A DNA stretch of 36,960 nt from a virus (IMGVR_UViG_3300026966_000012); one strand, 5' to 3'. Positions 23,419 through 33,390 are shown, counted from the stretch's first letter. The notes: a model not told the origin generated them from the sequence alone. Numbers and translations are program-made.

Positions 23419-25224
23419 ATGTCACAAGAACAGAAGCAGAGCCCCGAAGATCGCCTTCAGGTTACGAAGGTGATAGGAGGCCCGGGGACCGGAAAGACGA
23501 CGGCCGTTGTTGGCAACCCAGAGCTCGAGATCGACGGGCTGTTCGTCCAGCACATGGACGAGTACAGACTGAGCGACCAGCTTCTGGTGACGTTCACCAA
23601 GGCTGGCGTGGAGGAGGCGGCGGACCGGCTGAAGGCGATGCTTGGTATCCCCAAGAAAGACCTGAAGCAGCAGATCCGCACGATCCACTCCCACGCCTAC
23701 CAGAAGATGGGTGTCGAGAACGGCCAGATGGTATCGTGGCGAAACAAGAAGAAGTGGTGCGAGAAGCACAACCTGGAGTTCGAGTACGACGACGGGTCGG
23801 ACGACCTGATGGGCTCCGAGGGCGTCGCTGACGGGAACGCGTTCTTCCAGATCAACGACTGGCTGAACGCACACCGACTCCCACCAGAGGAGCACGACCA
23901 GTGTCCGGCTGACTGGTCCGGTCGACAGAACCTGGAGATGTTGCTCCACGACTGGAACACGTTCAAAGAGGCGAACGACAAGCTCGAGTTCGACGACATG
24001 ATCGAGGGTGTCGTCGCCGAGTGTGTTTCCGTCCTTCGACAGGGCGAGTTTGGTGACCCAAGTATCGAGAACGATCGCGAGTACCTGGAAAGCTGTCGCT
24101 GGGATGAGAACCTCTCGCCCCAGGCCATCCGGAATCACCCGATGTTCATCGACGAACCGGTCATGTACGTCGACGAGTGCCAGGACCTGACCTACCTACA
24201 GTGGGACTGGTACCTGTGCCAGAAGCTCGCGTGTGAGAAAGTGTTCCTTGGTGGAGACGACGACCAGGCGATTTACGGATGGGCTGGAGCCGACCCCGAG
24301 CAACTACTCGGAGAAGAAGGTGACGTCGAGGTGCTGGAAAAGACCTACCGCATCCCTGAGCAGGTGTGGGCGGCCTGTCAGTCCTGTATCGAGCAGGTCG
24401 ACGTGAGACAGGACAAAGACATCGAGCCCGTCGACGACGAGGGTGAGTTTATCGCCCTCTCGAACCCGTACCCGGCGGCTGTGTGCGACCACATCGTCGA
24501 GAGTGACGACGTCCTCGTCCTGTTCAGGGCGAAGTTCCACATCGACGAGTTCCGCAACACCCTGCACGAGCAGGGCATCCCGTACGACAACATGTCCACG
24601 TATGATACGTGGAACGCGTCTACCACGAAACTCCGCGACTGTCTCGCGAAGGTGTGGAACGAGGAGACGCTGGACGCCGACGAAGTGAAGAAGATTGTCG
24701 ACGTGTCGGACGTCGACCTGATCGATGCCGACTCGCCGGGTCTGGTCAAGTACCTCGTCGACGAGCCCGAGTACGAGGCACAGGACGTGCTGGCGTTCTT
24801 CAAAACGCCAATGGACACGCCCACTCAATTCTGTCTCTGGTACCTCGACCGGAACAGTGAGAAGAAGGCTGACTCGGACCTGAACTGGTTTCAGGCCAAG
24901 GCCATCGAAGGCAACCTCCGACACAATCTGTTCGACCGGCGACCGGAGCAGGTTCGCATCGGGACCATCCACTCAGCGAAGGGCAAGGAAGCGGACACCG
25001 TCATCCTCGGGACCGACTCGACCGGGACGATCATCCGCAACATGGAGTCGAGCTCGGCGGACGTTCCCGCCTACGCGATGTCGGGCGACGTCATCTCAGA
25101 CGAGGAGCGTCGCGTCCTCTACGTCGGGATGAGCCGGGCCAAGCGCAAGCTCGTCATGGCCGAGGGCCTCGTCACCCCGGAGACTACCCTGCGCATCAAC
25201 GCCCTGGTTGGTGGCCCGGAATGA
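23419..25224 (+). CDS. uvrD: UvrD/Rep superfamily 1 helicase
   Basis: GGPGTGKTT, VTFTKA, TIHS, VDECQD, GDDDQAIYGWAGA, TIHSAKGKE, RVLYVGMSRAK. Confidence 0.95.
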   Translation: MSQEQKQSPEDRLQVTKVIGGPGTGKTTAVVGNPELEIDGLFVQHMDEYRLSDQLLVTFTKAGVEEAADRLKAMLGIPKKDLKQQIRTIHSHAYQKMGVENGQMVSWRNKKKWCEKHNLEFEYDDGSDDLMGSEGVADGNAFFQINDWLNAHRLPPEEHDQCPADWSGRQNLEMLLHDWNTFKEANDKLEFDDMIEGVVAECVSVLRQGEFGDPSIENDREYLESCRWDENLSPQAIRNHPMFIDEPVMYVDECQDLTYLQWDWYLCQKLACEKVFLGGDDDQAIYGWAGADPEQLLGEEGDVEVLEKTYRIPEQVWAACQSCIEQVDVRQDKDIEPVDDEGEFIALSNPYPAAVCDHIVESDDVLVLFRAKFHIDEFRNTLHEQGIPYDNMSTYDTWNASTTKLRDCLAKVWNEETLDADEVKKIVDVSDVDLIDADSPGLVKYLVDEPEYEAQDVLAFFKTPMDTPTQFCLWYLDRNSEKKADSDLNWFQAKAIEGNLRHNLFDRRPEQVRIGTIHSAKGKEADTVILGTDSTGTIIRNMESSSADVPAYAMSGDVISDEERRVLYVGMSRAKRKLVMAEGLVTPETTLRINALVGGPE

Positions 25225-25520
25225 GCTGGACGGACGAGATACAGATTCGGGCGACGCTTCCCAACGGGGAAGTCTGGCAACTCAACTACGCCTGGGCCGC
25301 CCGGCTGCTGTCCGAGGCAAAGTACCCTGATGAAGGAGAGGAGCACTTCCAGGAGCGGAGATACTACCTGGAGAATCCGCAAGAGGCGGCACGGGATCTC
25401 CCGAGCATCGTCGCATGGGATGACATAGAGTCTGTCGCTGAGCGCATCGAAGGTGCGGACGAGACGAACTACCGGGAGCAATGGATGGGAGCCGGACTGG
25501 ACGTGATCGGAGATGAGTGA
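25221..25520 (+). CDS. Hypothetical protein
   Basis: ATGA overlap, acidic. Confidence 0.72.
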   Translation: MSWTDEIQIRATLPNGEVWQLNYAWAARLLSEAKYPDEGEEHFQERRYYLENPQEAARDLPSIVAWDDIESVAERIEGADETNYREQWMGAGLDVIGDE

Positions 25521-25791
25521 GCGGTTGAAGGAGGTCGCGTTCGACGCACTGCGCGAGATGTACGAGGAGGCGGAACCGCCGCTGGACTTCGACCACGCGG
25601 TGGAACATAGTGAGGAGTATCCCGACGACTGGTACTCGCACCACTACCTCGACAGTGACCGTCAGCGCGAGATCGTCGAATCGCACTGCGACCAGGCGAG
25701 CCTCAGTGAGGGAGAGCGAACGCCCGTGTTCATGACCGCGATACTCCACTACGGACCCGCCTCGATACCACCAGAAGGGGTGGATGTATGA
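25513..25791 (+). CDS. Hypothetical protein
   Basis: Overlapping operon gene, acidic. Confidence 0.72.
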   Translation: MSERLKEVAFDALREMYEEAEPPLDFDHAVEHSEEYPDDWYSHHYLDSDRQREIVESHCDQASLSEGERTPVFMTAILHYGPASIPPEGVDV

Positions 25792-26303
25792 GCGAGTTCG
25801 TCCACGACCTGAATCGGTACGAGTTCCGGAGTGGGAAAGTCAGCCTGGACTTCCGACTGGACGTCCCGAAGGCGCCTCACGAGGACCTGAAAAGCAGTGT
25901 GACCATCGAGGAGGGGCTGGTCGACTGCTTCGAGCTCAGGCTTGGCCTGTTGTCACGGGACCAGTACGAACCCGACGAGATACGTGAGGAGATGAACGCC
26001 ATCGTCGGTGAGATGGACCTCCCGCGGACTCGCTATCGAGCGCAGCGAGAGGAAATCATCGAGATGGAGGTCGAAGAACACGGACTCGATCCGGAGCGCA
26101 TCCCCGACAAAGACCCCGACGATGAAATCAACCCCAAGATCTCGTACGATCCACACTGGGGAGAACTCGGGTTCTACCAGATACACCTCGAGTGCCACTC
26201 GTTCTGGCCGCCGATCTGGCACGAGGACGAGTTCATGGAGTTCGTAGAGGCGTACACCGCCGAGTTCGTGGAGCGGTTCGACTGGGATGATCTCGATGAC
26301 TAA
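25788..26303 (+). CDS. Hypothetical protein
   Basis: ATGA overlap, highly acidic 171 aa. Confidence 0.75.
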   Translation: MSEFVHDLNRYEFRSGKVSLDFRLDVPKAPHEDLKSSVTIEEGLVDCFELRLGLLSRDQYEPDEIREEMNAIVGEMDLPRTRYRAQREEIIEMEVEEHGLDPERIPDKDPDDEINPKISYDPHWGELGFYQIHLECHSFWPPIWHEDEFMEFVEAYTAEFVERFDWDDLDD

Positions 26304-26922
26304 GAACACAGACTATCTGCAACAGCACGGTCCCGTGGCGCCCACTGAGCTCCCCGTTCGAGGTGTCTCGTCAATTGATAAGATGAGCGGGCTCTGGAAG
26401 TTCAAGGTGAGTACCGGTACGGTCTCACGTGTCGGCGGGAGCCTGACACCGGTGTACTACCTCCGTGACATTCACCCACCCGAGCTCGTCGTGCAGCGGT
26501 GGTTAGAAGTGAACGAGCGTGCTGTCGAGATGACTCCACGACACGGATTGCGGATGATATTGCGCCGTACTGGGAGCGAGTTCCACGACGCTATCGACGA
26601 CCTACTCCCCATGGACGATTCCATGAAGGGGAGGGATCGGGTGGCCAGTGACGGTCAGAACAACCAGCGGATTCAACAGATAATGAGTAAAGTAGAACCA
26701 CAGACAGCGGTAGGTATAGAGGAGTATCGAGTCCCGACCCCCGACGAGCTGAGAGAGCTCCGTCGTGATCTCGGCGTCACGCAATCGCAACTGGCGAGCG
26801 CGATCGGCTCGCAACAGACGACGATCAGCCAGTTCGAGGTTGGGAACACGGACATGATGTCGTCAACGCTCCGAAAAGCCGTTGACTACCTGCGGGAGGT
26901 CGGTGATGTCGACGAGAGATGA
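26296..26922 (+). CDS. Protein with C-terminal XRE/Cro-type HTH
   Basis: ELRELRRDLGVTQSQLASAIGSQQTTISQFEVG. Confidence 0.82.
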   Translation: MTKNTDYLQQHGPVAPTELPVRGVSSIDKMSGLWKFKVSTGTVSRVGGSLTPVYYLRDIHPPELVVQRWLEVNERAVEMTPRHGLRMILRRTGSEFHDAIDDLLPMDDSMKGRDRVASDGQNNQRIQQIMSKVEPQTAVGIEEYRVPTPDELRELRRDLGVTQSQLASAIGSQQTTISQFEVGNTDMMSSTLRKAVDYLREVGDVDER

Positions 26923-27376
26923 TCCCCACTTCATGGACGAAGTCGCGGGGAAGTTGGACGACCAGGGAACGTGCATCCTCTGCACCAAACCCACGCAGTC
27001 ACACGCAGTCCTGATCAAACCGAACCCCGAGTCGCACTCGTTCGACGTTGGTACGGTCGAAGATATGGAGGAGACGCTTGTCTCGCCACTATCGCTCTGT
27101 CACTCGTGCTACGTCGAGTTCGAGGGTGACGCGGAGTTGATCGCAGAAGCATACGAGATCAAGTTCCGCGAGATGAACGATGCGGCCGGGCTCGACTTCG
27201 AGAACCAGCTGGAGACCATGTTCGAGATGATCGAGAACGACGAGTACATGCTCTGTGTCGAATGTGGCTGGCTCGCCAGCTCAGAGTTCGACAAGGACGA
27301 GTGTCCAGAGTGTGGTGGGGATGTCGTTCTGGAACGGGGGCGAGATGCACTGGAGGGTAACGAGTACACGCTATGA
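26906..27376 (+). CDS. Multi-CxxC zinc-binding protein
   Basis: CILC, CHSC, CVEC and CPECGG. Confidence 0.72.
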   Translation: MSTRDDPHFMDEVAGKLDDQGTCILCTKPTQSHAVLIKPNPESHSFDVGTVEDMEETLVSPLSLCHSCYVEFEGDAELIAEAYEIKFREMNDAAGLDFENQLETMFEMIENDEYMLCVECGWLASSEFDKDECPECGGDVVLERGRDALEGNEYTL

Positions 27377-27669
27377 CAGACATAGAGATCGAGACGAGAG
27401 AAGTGACCCGAACCGAGCACTACGTCGAGCTCGGTGGAGAGAAGTTAGGTGTCGCCGAAGTGCTGGACTTCCTCGACGCTATCGAGGGGACGGATGGGTT
27501 CGCCCCGCTCCGGTGGAGCAGAGAGTATGACCACGTCGCTGAGGCCCTGATGGACGAAGGGATCGTCTCACGAACGGCCCGAGGAAGTTGGTACGAAGCA
27601 GATCTCGTTGCCCGGACTGAGCTCTACGACCAGCTACTTGAGCAGTACATCGAGGCCACCGATGGGTAA
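27373..27669 (+). CDS. Hypothetical protein
   Basis: ATGA overlap, acidic. Confidence 0.7.
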   Translation: MTDIEIETREVTRTEHYVELGGEKLGVAEVLDFLDAIEGTDGFAPLRWSREYDHVAEALMDEGIVSRTARGSWYEADLVARTELYDQLLEQYIEATDG

Positions 27670-27931
27670 GATGTACGACGAACACGGAGAGGTGCTGGAG
27701 TTCGTCGGCCACGAACAGACACGAACGCGGGGCGTTCTCCGGACCGATGGGATGGGACGATGGAGCATCGGACCCGAGACGCTCCATTCGCTCCTCCCAG
27801 ACGGTATCGAGGAGGTTCAGGACGGCGACGACCTGGACGAGGAGCCCGAGTACGTGTTCCTGTTCAACATCACGGCCTATCGGCCGACGGGAGAGTTCCG
27901 CGAAGATGACCCCCACCCCGAAGACGCATGA
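27662..27931 (+). CDS. Hypothetical protein
   Basis: MGKMYDEHGEVLEF...; overlaps the previous stop. Confidence 0.65.
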   Translation: MGKMYDEHGEVLEFVGHEQTRTRGVLRTDGMGRWSIGPETLHSLLPDGIEEVQDGDDLDEEPEYVFLFNITAYRPTGEFREDDPHPEDA

Positions 27932-27965
27932 TGAGCACCTCCGACGCCTGTGTCCTCAAGCACCA

Positions 27966-28145
27966 ATGACCGACCACCACCTACCACCAGAAACGGTTGA
28001 GATGACCCTCCCCAGATGGATGGTCAAATGGCTCCGTGGCTCTGCGAGACACGAGAAACACACCGCTGTAACACCTGAAGGAGAAGCAGACGCGGAACGG
28101 ATCGAGCAGATGCTGACCTACTACCTGGAGATAGACGATGAGTGA
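27966..28145 (+). CDS. Microprotein (59 aa)
   Basis: MTDHHLPPETVEMTLPRWMVKWLR... Confidence 0.55.
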   Translation: MTDHHLPPETVEMTLPRWMVKWLRGSARHEKHTAVTPEGEADAERIEQMLTYYLEIDDE

Positions 28146-28512
28146 GTTCGACGACAGCGAGTTCGACGTCAGTGCGTTCGACCCTGATGTCGAATCCATC
28201 GACGAAATATTCCAAAGCGACCGGGTAGACGTCGAAACATCACTCGGGACCGCGACCTGTGTAGTCACCAGGTACGTCGGCCCAGACGACGACACGGTGT
28301 TAGCCTCCCCGCAGAGCATGACAGTACGAGACGAGACGATTAGAGACGGTACGATGATCCGGTCGATCCAGGTGGGTGCACAGCTCCCCATCGACATCGG
28401 TGGACAGACAGTCGTCGCGAGGCTGGGCTCGAAGACCTACACTGGCTGGCGGAAAGTCCACTTCGACGGCGCAGTGGTTGATGTCCCGCGTGGGGAGGTC
28501 GATCGTGCTTGA
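28138..28512 (+). CDS. Hypothetical protein
   Basis: 124-aa acidic ORF in the operon. Confidence 0.7.
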   Translation: MSEFDDSEFDVSAFDPDVESIDEIFQSDRVDVETSLGTATCVVTRYVGPDDDTVLASPQSMTVRDETIRDGTMIRSIQVGAQLPIDIGGQTVVARLGSKTYTGWRKVHFDGAVVDVPRGEVDRA

Positions 28513-28642
28513 GCTGAAAGGGAAGTATCGGTGCTTCATATGGGGGCACCGGAACAACCTGGAGATCACCGACACCAGAAAGAAAATCACCGTCAAGCGG
28601 TGCAGCGAGTGTGGGCGCATCAAGTACAAGCGTTGGGGCTAA
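28505..28642 (+). CDS. DUF1660-like zinc microprotein (45 aa)
   Basis: GTG start; RCFIWGH...RCSECG. Confidence 0.6.
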   Translation: MLELKGKYRCFIWGHRNNLEITDTRKKITVKRCSECGRIKYKRWG

Positions 28643-28932
28643 TGGTCGACTACGGCCCACACTGGGATGCAGCGAGAACAGAGGAGCTCGAACGGAGTGA
28701 CTACACCTGTCAGGGCTGCGGGCGAGAACACGACCCGAAGACACTGAAAGACGAGACAGGAATTGGTCTGCACGTCCACCACAAGGCGAAGTTCAGATTA
28801 TTTGACACCGCCGAGGACGCACACCGGCCCGAGAATCTTATCGCACTATGTAGTAGATGTCACGGACGAGTTGAGTCCGGGAAGTTGCCCGATTCAAGAC
28901 CGGATGTGCGAGATGACGTGAGTATGCGCTAA
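28642..28932 (+). CDS. HNH endonuclease
   Basis: YGPHW..R...LERSDYTCQGCG...LHVHH...ENLIALCSRCHG. Confidence 0.9.
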   Translation: MVDYGPHWDAARTEELERSDYTCQGCGREHDPKTLKDETGIGLHVHHKAKFRLFDTAEDAHRPENLIALCSRCHGRVESGKLPDSRPDVRDDVSMR

Positions 28933-31900
28933 TCGTCTGCGAACACCCGGCTGTAGGTGAGGTCGCTATCCTTGGTGCCAGCCCGGCCACTGTTATCGCC
29001 CAGATCAGTAAGATAGTTTTGTGTGTACTCGACCTGCTCGTCACTCAGGTCGTACAGCTCGCCCATCAGAACGTCCACGTCGTTGATGATCGGTCGTAGC
29101 GACCCCATGAAGAAGTCGCCTCGGCTTTCGCGGGACTTGCTGAACGTCCCCTTCATACGATCCCATAGAGTGTCGGCCATCTCGATGATCCTGTCTTCGC
29201 GTGCCTCGATAACGTCTTCATCTGGCCACGGGAACGCAGACAGTTGAGTCCAGTTGTGGTGGTGCTGGTTCCCATAGGTGAGCCAGTAGATGTAGTAGAG
29301 AGATGAGTTGAGGACCAAGAACGCAGCTTTCTGTTCAACCTCGGAATCGAAGTACAGGGGCTGTACCTCTCGTGCTGAGTAGAGCTCCTCCAGCATCGGG
29401 TTGATCCAGTACAGAACCCCCTCTCGACGCCACACCGGAAACACATCGTCGTCCGGCTTGTCCTTGGTGTACCTGTCACGGAACACTGTGTCCGAGTGAT
29501 CTTCCAAGGTTGTCAGTACCCCCCGCTTCGTCTCTGGCCCAACCTTCGGGAGGATCGGCCCGTTAGTCCCACCTCCTCCAATCGAATCTCTCAGGATAAG
29601 ACCGTCTGTCGAAGCATACTGAATGTCTTTGAACCGTTGCTGTCGGTTATCCTGATTGAATAGAATCAGATCACTTGTGAGGATATCGCCGTTGTCATCT
29701 GCTGTTTTCTGACCCGTGATGATAGCGACACGGACGTGTGCGTTTTCGAACACACGAGACGGCCGGAATCCGAAGCATGCTATCTGTGCCGGGTCGAGGT
29801 TGTCGCGGAGGAGGTCGTGGAACTCACCGAGCGAAGATTGGTAGATGAGACGGAGCGTGGTGATGTTCCCGAAGTACCCGTTCTCATCCGTCAGCTGGAG
29901 CTGTCTCTCGACGAACGGGGCGGACACGTCGTTGATCGACTCTGTTTCGTACGGGGCGATGAACGTGTCCTCGTTCTGGTTCAGGATGTCCCCGTAGGGC
30001 GGGTTTCCGACCACGATGTCGAACGAAACACTCGATGACAGACCATTCGACTCGTCAAGGGGGAGTAGTTCCGGGAACTCGATGTCCCAGTGGAGAGGCG
30101 TCCCCGTGATGTTGTTCAGGTCGTAGCGCGTGGGCTGGCGCTCGACGTCAGGAAACACGAATCCATCTTCGAGCAAGTCGCGCAGGTCCTCGACGATCGA
30201 CTCGTGCTCACCAACGGTACCTGCATCGAGATGAGTCGTTGGGGCGCTATCTATCCTGTTCTCGATATCGAATGTGGCGCTCTTGTTCGTATCACGCCAC
30301 TCTTGCCACTCGAACCCGACGCTGCTCAGTGCATCTTTATCACTGGCTGTTAAAGCGACTGTGTCGCCATCCTCGTCCAGGCGTTGCGCCTTTACAGACT
30401 CGATGACCGGATAGAGGTCGCCCTCTGGGATCGACTCTACCAGTTCATCGAGCTCGTCGACGCTATTGATCTCCGTGCTTACCGTGTACGTGAGACTACT
30501 GAGATACCTCTCGTCCCGGGCATCACGAATCTCCGACTCTAACTCCATAATGTCTCGGCGCGACCCTTCGTTCTCGAACTTGTAGTCCCGACGCATCTCG
30601 GCGAGACCGGGAAGTCTGTCGTCGATCGCTTTCAGCTGTGTCTGGACGTTGCCCCTGATGGGGAAGCCGACGAGAGAGTTGCCGGACACGATGTTTACGT
30701 CGATGTTCGGGAGTGGTCCGTACCCCGATTCCCACCCGTTATCCTCGACGATCTTCAGCCAGACACGGAGCTTCGCGATCTCGACGCCGACCTTGTCCAC
30801 GTCCACACCATAGACGACGTTCAGAGCCAGTTCCTGCTTGGCATCGAACTTTTCCCTATCGGAGGGTTCGTCGCCACCATTCAGCCCGCGCATGATAGAT
30901 AGCTGGACCTGGTGTATTTCTTCCATCGCCGTTGTCAGGAAGTGGCCAGACCCACACGCTGGGTCGAGGATCGTCAAGTCGGTTAGCTGTGAGCGGATGT
31001 CCTTTAGTGCCTCCGGGTTAGCACCGTACATGGCGACACCGTCCTCGATGTAGCGTAGTACCTCAGAGAGATCAGTGCCGCTGAGTTCGTTACGGACGTA
31101 CTCCTCGGAATCGTCGCTCGAATGTTCGATGAACGCCTCGGTCACGATGTCCATGATCTTCGGGTCCACCGTGTGTTCCGAGATGTGCCGGGTCACGTCG
31201 TTTGGCGTGTAGTACGCCCCGATCTCCTTCTGGCGACCCTCCTCGCCGCCAATGTGGTTGATCGTCTTCTCGAACACACTCCCGAGGATCGCGGGGTCGA
31301 AACTCCGGCCGTTCAGCTCCAACCGATGGCCCTCGATCAGATCGTCGATGATAGTCGGAAGTGTCCGGTCCAGTAAGTTGTACTGTGCCTCGTTTGGAAT
31401 ATTCTCGCGGAACAGACCACCGTTCAGGTATGGGATGTCATCGTAGCGCCCTGTGCGCAGTTTTGGGTTCCGCTGGTCCTTGGGGGCGTTGAACAGGTCG
31501 TAGAAAAGCGGCTTGATGAACGTCTCGTAGAGTGTGCCTGGGACAGTGTCCTTGTTTTCCTCATAGTCCCTGACGAGCGTTCGTAGGAATCCATCTGGGA
31601 GGACATCGCGTGTTTCGAGGAACTTGATGAACAGGAGACGGTTCATCAACGTGACTGCGAACAGGTCCTTCTCTTTGTCGGTCGCTCCACGCGGGGCGAC
31701 TATGTCATCGCGGAGGCTGGTCTCGTAGTCGTGCTCGCTACTCTCGCCGAACAGTAGCTCGATGTAGAGTTCGTAAAACTCCTCGACATTGGCGCTCCGC
31801 GTGTCACGGAACTCCCTCGGTGCCGTTTGCGTCAGGAGGGTATGGAGGTTGTCGGGTTCGAAAACGGAGCTGAACGCGTCCAACTCCTCATCAACGTCGA

Positions 31901-32447
31901 CGTCACCAAGCTGTCCCGACCCGATGTGTCCAAGATCGCGAGCAATAGCGTTGATGGCTGGACGGAGATCGACCCGTTCGACCTCGTTAAACTCGAGGAA
32001 GTCGCCACCGTGCTCGGCGCGGTAGACGACCCACTCAAGACCGTCCGTTGCGATCCCATAGTCCGGCCACGCTTTGTTCGAGAGATAATCCTCGACGAGC
32101 TCCTGTTCGGCCTGCTCGATTTTGTTCGGTGATTTGTTCTCCCCGATCAGAATAAACTCCCCACCCCTCTCGACTATCCGAAAGTCGGGTGCCTCGCGCT
32201 GTGTCGTCCCCGCAACGGCACGCTGGCTGGCCGGTCGACCAGGTTGGCGGTTGAGTCCGACAGCCTCGATGAGTGGCCATATGAGATGTCCCTCAGTCCA
32301 CTCCTCTGGCTGATTGTCAAGATCGGTTATTGTGAGCGTTTCGTCTCTCGCGATCACTCGCTCCACCTTGTGTACATCGTCTACGGTGCTGACGAGTTCG
32401 TCGAGAAAGTCTTCGATGACTGGTCGAAGATAATGGTCACCTGACAT
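28929..32447 (-). CDS. Type IIG-like (Eco57I family) fused restriction endonuclease / DNA amino-methyltransferase
   Basis: N-terminal PDF..IGENK nuclease motif, YLNGGLF, LGSVFE, GAYYTP, DPACGSGHFL, YGVDVD, GNSL, VVGNPPYG, and a C-terminal TRD-like region. Confidence 0.9.
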   Translation of the reverse strand: MSGDHYLRPVIEDFLDELVSTVDDVHKVERVIARDETLTITDLDNQPEEWTEGHLIWPLIEAVGLNRQPGRPASQRAVAGTTQREAPDFRIVERGGEFILIGENKSPNKIEQAEQELVEDYLSNKAWPDYGIATDGLEWVVYRAEHGGDFLEFNEVERVDLRPAINAIARDLGHIGSGQLGDVDVDEELDAFSSVFEPDNLHTLLTQTAPREFRDTRSANVEEFYELYIELLFGESSEHDYETSLRDDIVAPRGATDKEKDLFAVTLMNRLLFIKFLETRDVLPDGFLRTLVRDYEENKDTVPGTLYETFIKPLFYDLFNAPKDQRNPKLRTGRYDDIPYLNGGLFRENIPNEAQYNLLDRTLPTIIDDLIEGHRLELNGRSFDPAILGSVFEKTINHIGGEEGRQKEIGAYYTPNDVTRHISEHTVDPKIMDIVTEAFIEHSSDDSEEYVRNELSGTDLSEVLRYIEDGVAMYGANPEALKDIRSQLTDLTILDPACGSGHFLTTAMEEIHQVQLSIMRGLNGGDEPSDREKFDAKQELALNVVYGVDVDKVGVEIAKLRVWLKIVEDNGWESGYGPLPNIDVNIVSGNSLVGFPIRGNVQTQLKAIDDRLPGLAEMRRDYKFENEGSRRDIMELESEIRDARDERYLSSLTYTVSTEINSVDELDELVESIPEGDLYPVIESVKAQRLDEDGDTVALTASDKDALSSVGFEWQEWRDTNKSATFDIENRIDSAPTTHLDAGTVGEHESIVEDLRDLLEDGFVFPDVERQPTRYDLNNITGTPLHWDIEFPELLPLDESNGLSSSVSFDIVVGNPPYGDILNQNEDTFIAPYETESINDVSAPFVERQLQLTDENGYFGNITTLRLIYQSSLGEFHDLLRDNLDPAQIACFGFRPSRVFENAHVRVAIITGQKTADDNGDILTSDLILFNQDNRQQRFKDIQYASTDGLILRDSIGGGGTNGPILPKVGPETKRGVLTTLEDHSDTVFRDRYTKDKPDDDVFPVWRREGVLYWINPMLEELYSAREVQPLYFDSEVEQKAAFLVLNSSLYYIYWLTYGNQHHHNWTQLSAFPWPDEDVIEAREDRIIEMADTLWDRMKGTFSKSRESRGDFFMGSLRPIINDVDVLMGELYDLSDEQVEYTQNYLTDLGDNSGRAGTKDSDLTYSRVFADD

Positions 32448-32581
32448 AGATCCTGAACCCAGAGTCTATCGTCGCATCGTACCCCAGTATGTAGTAGTTA
32501 CGCATCGCACATCGGTACCACCAGCAACGACCGTACGTACACACTTTCGACGCTTAAGTGGGTAGCGGCCCATATAGGACT

Positions 32582-32872
32582 ATGATTCGCATCGAGTGCG
32601 ACGAGGCGTACCCATTCCTGATGGGGTATCTCACACGTAGTTTCGAGAAAGAGATCGACGGTCAGCGGTGTGGTCCCGAAACGATCATGGCGGCGATGGA
32701 CGCCGAAGGGGACGAACTGGTTATGACCGAGCTCCAGGCCAAGTGTGTGGTGGCGCTGTTAGAAGATGGATACGATGTCGAGGAATTGGACAACACGAAG
32801 GAAGCCATCGAGAAGTTAGAACAGTTGAAAGATGACCTAACCACTGCACTCACTACCACCAGCAGCGGGTGA
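32582..32872 (+). CDS. Hypothetical protein
   Basis: ATG 32582 lies about 21 bp after the CTTAAGTG box at 32554. Confidence 0.65.
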   Translation: MIRIECDEAYPFLMGYLTRSFEKEIDGQRCGPETIMAAMDAEGDELVMTELQAKCVVALLEDGYDVEELDNTKEAIEKLEQLKDDLTTALTTTSSG

Positions 32873-32892
32873 TTGAACATGTCAAGAAGGGC

Positions 32893-32928
32893 TGCACGTA
32901 CATATACACACGCACATATGTACGTGCA
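32893..32928. repeat. Perfect 13-bp inverted repeat with 10-bp spacer, related to 1435-1466
   Basis: TGCACGTACATAT-ACACACGCAC-ATATGTACGTGCA. Confidence 0.85.
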
Positions 32929-33144
32929 CTAATCCATGACATGTTTGGGGGTAAATCGGCATGACCCAAATATACCCTTAGAACAAAACGCGATCGGGGG
33001 ACGGCGACGGGGTCGATTGAGACTAAGATACCTATACACAGGCAAAGCTTAAGTATGATTAGCGGTTTTTTCACCTCTCACGATCCTTACATCGTGGTAC
33101 TGGGTACGAAAGTGTTATATAGTACGAGAGGTTACTTTTAGGTA

Positions 33145-33251
33145 CATCGAGTTCGGGTTCCTCCGCCCGCTTGATGCATCCCAACGTAAGTTGGACCGAC
33201 ACTCCGTTCCACGCCAAACCGGGCCCCCCGGTTTCCGCCCTTCCTCAAGGG
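33145..33251 (+). ncRNA. Four-hairpin structured RNA or 5' leader
   Basis: GAAAGTGTTATATA promoter-like box ends at 33121. Hairpins CATCGAG/CTTGATG, CCAAC/GTTGG, AAACCGGG/CCCGGTTT, CCCTT/AAGGG. Confidence 0.45.
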
Positions 33252-33261
33252 CTTTTCAGAC

Positions 33262-33390
33262 ATGCCAATCATCCCCGAAGACTGTCCGCGTTGCGACGAA
33301 ACCCTCGATGTTCAGATATCACCAGCTGAGTGTGTACACTGCGGGTTCTTGCTTTATCGCATGAAGTGGAGCGAAAACCTGTATGAGTGA
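33262..33390 (+). CDS. CPxC zinc-finger microprotein (42 aa)
   Basis: MPIIPEDCPRCDE...ECVHCGF. Confidence 0.6.
   Translation: MPIIPEDCPRCDETLDVQISPAECVHCGFLLYRMKWSENLYE

Noticed and set aside
10895-25224. Inteins in PolB or the helicase
   Set aside because: Catalytic motifs are contiguous and the protein lengths are normal, with no C/S...HN-(C/S/T) insertion.
5011-32862. CCACCAGC copies equal the reverse complement of E. coli Chi (GCTGGTGG)
   Set aside because: RecBCD is not an archaeal system, and many motif copies read CCACCAGA instead. The conserved unit is CTACCACCAG.
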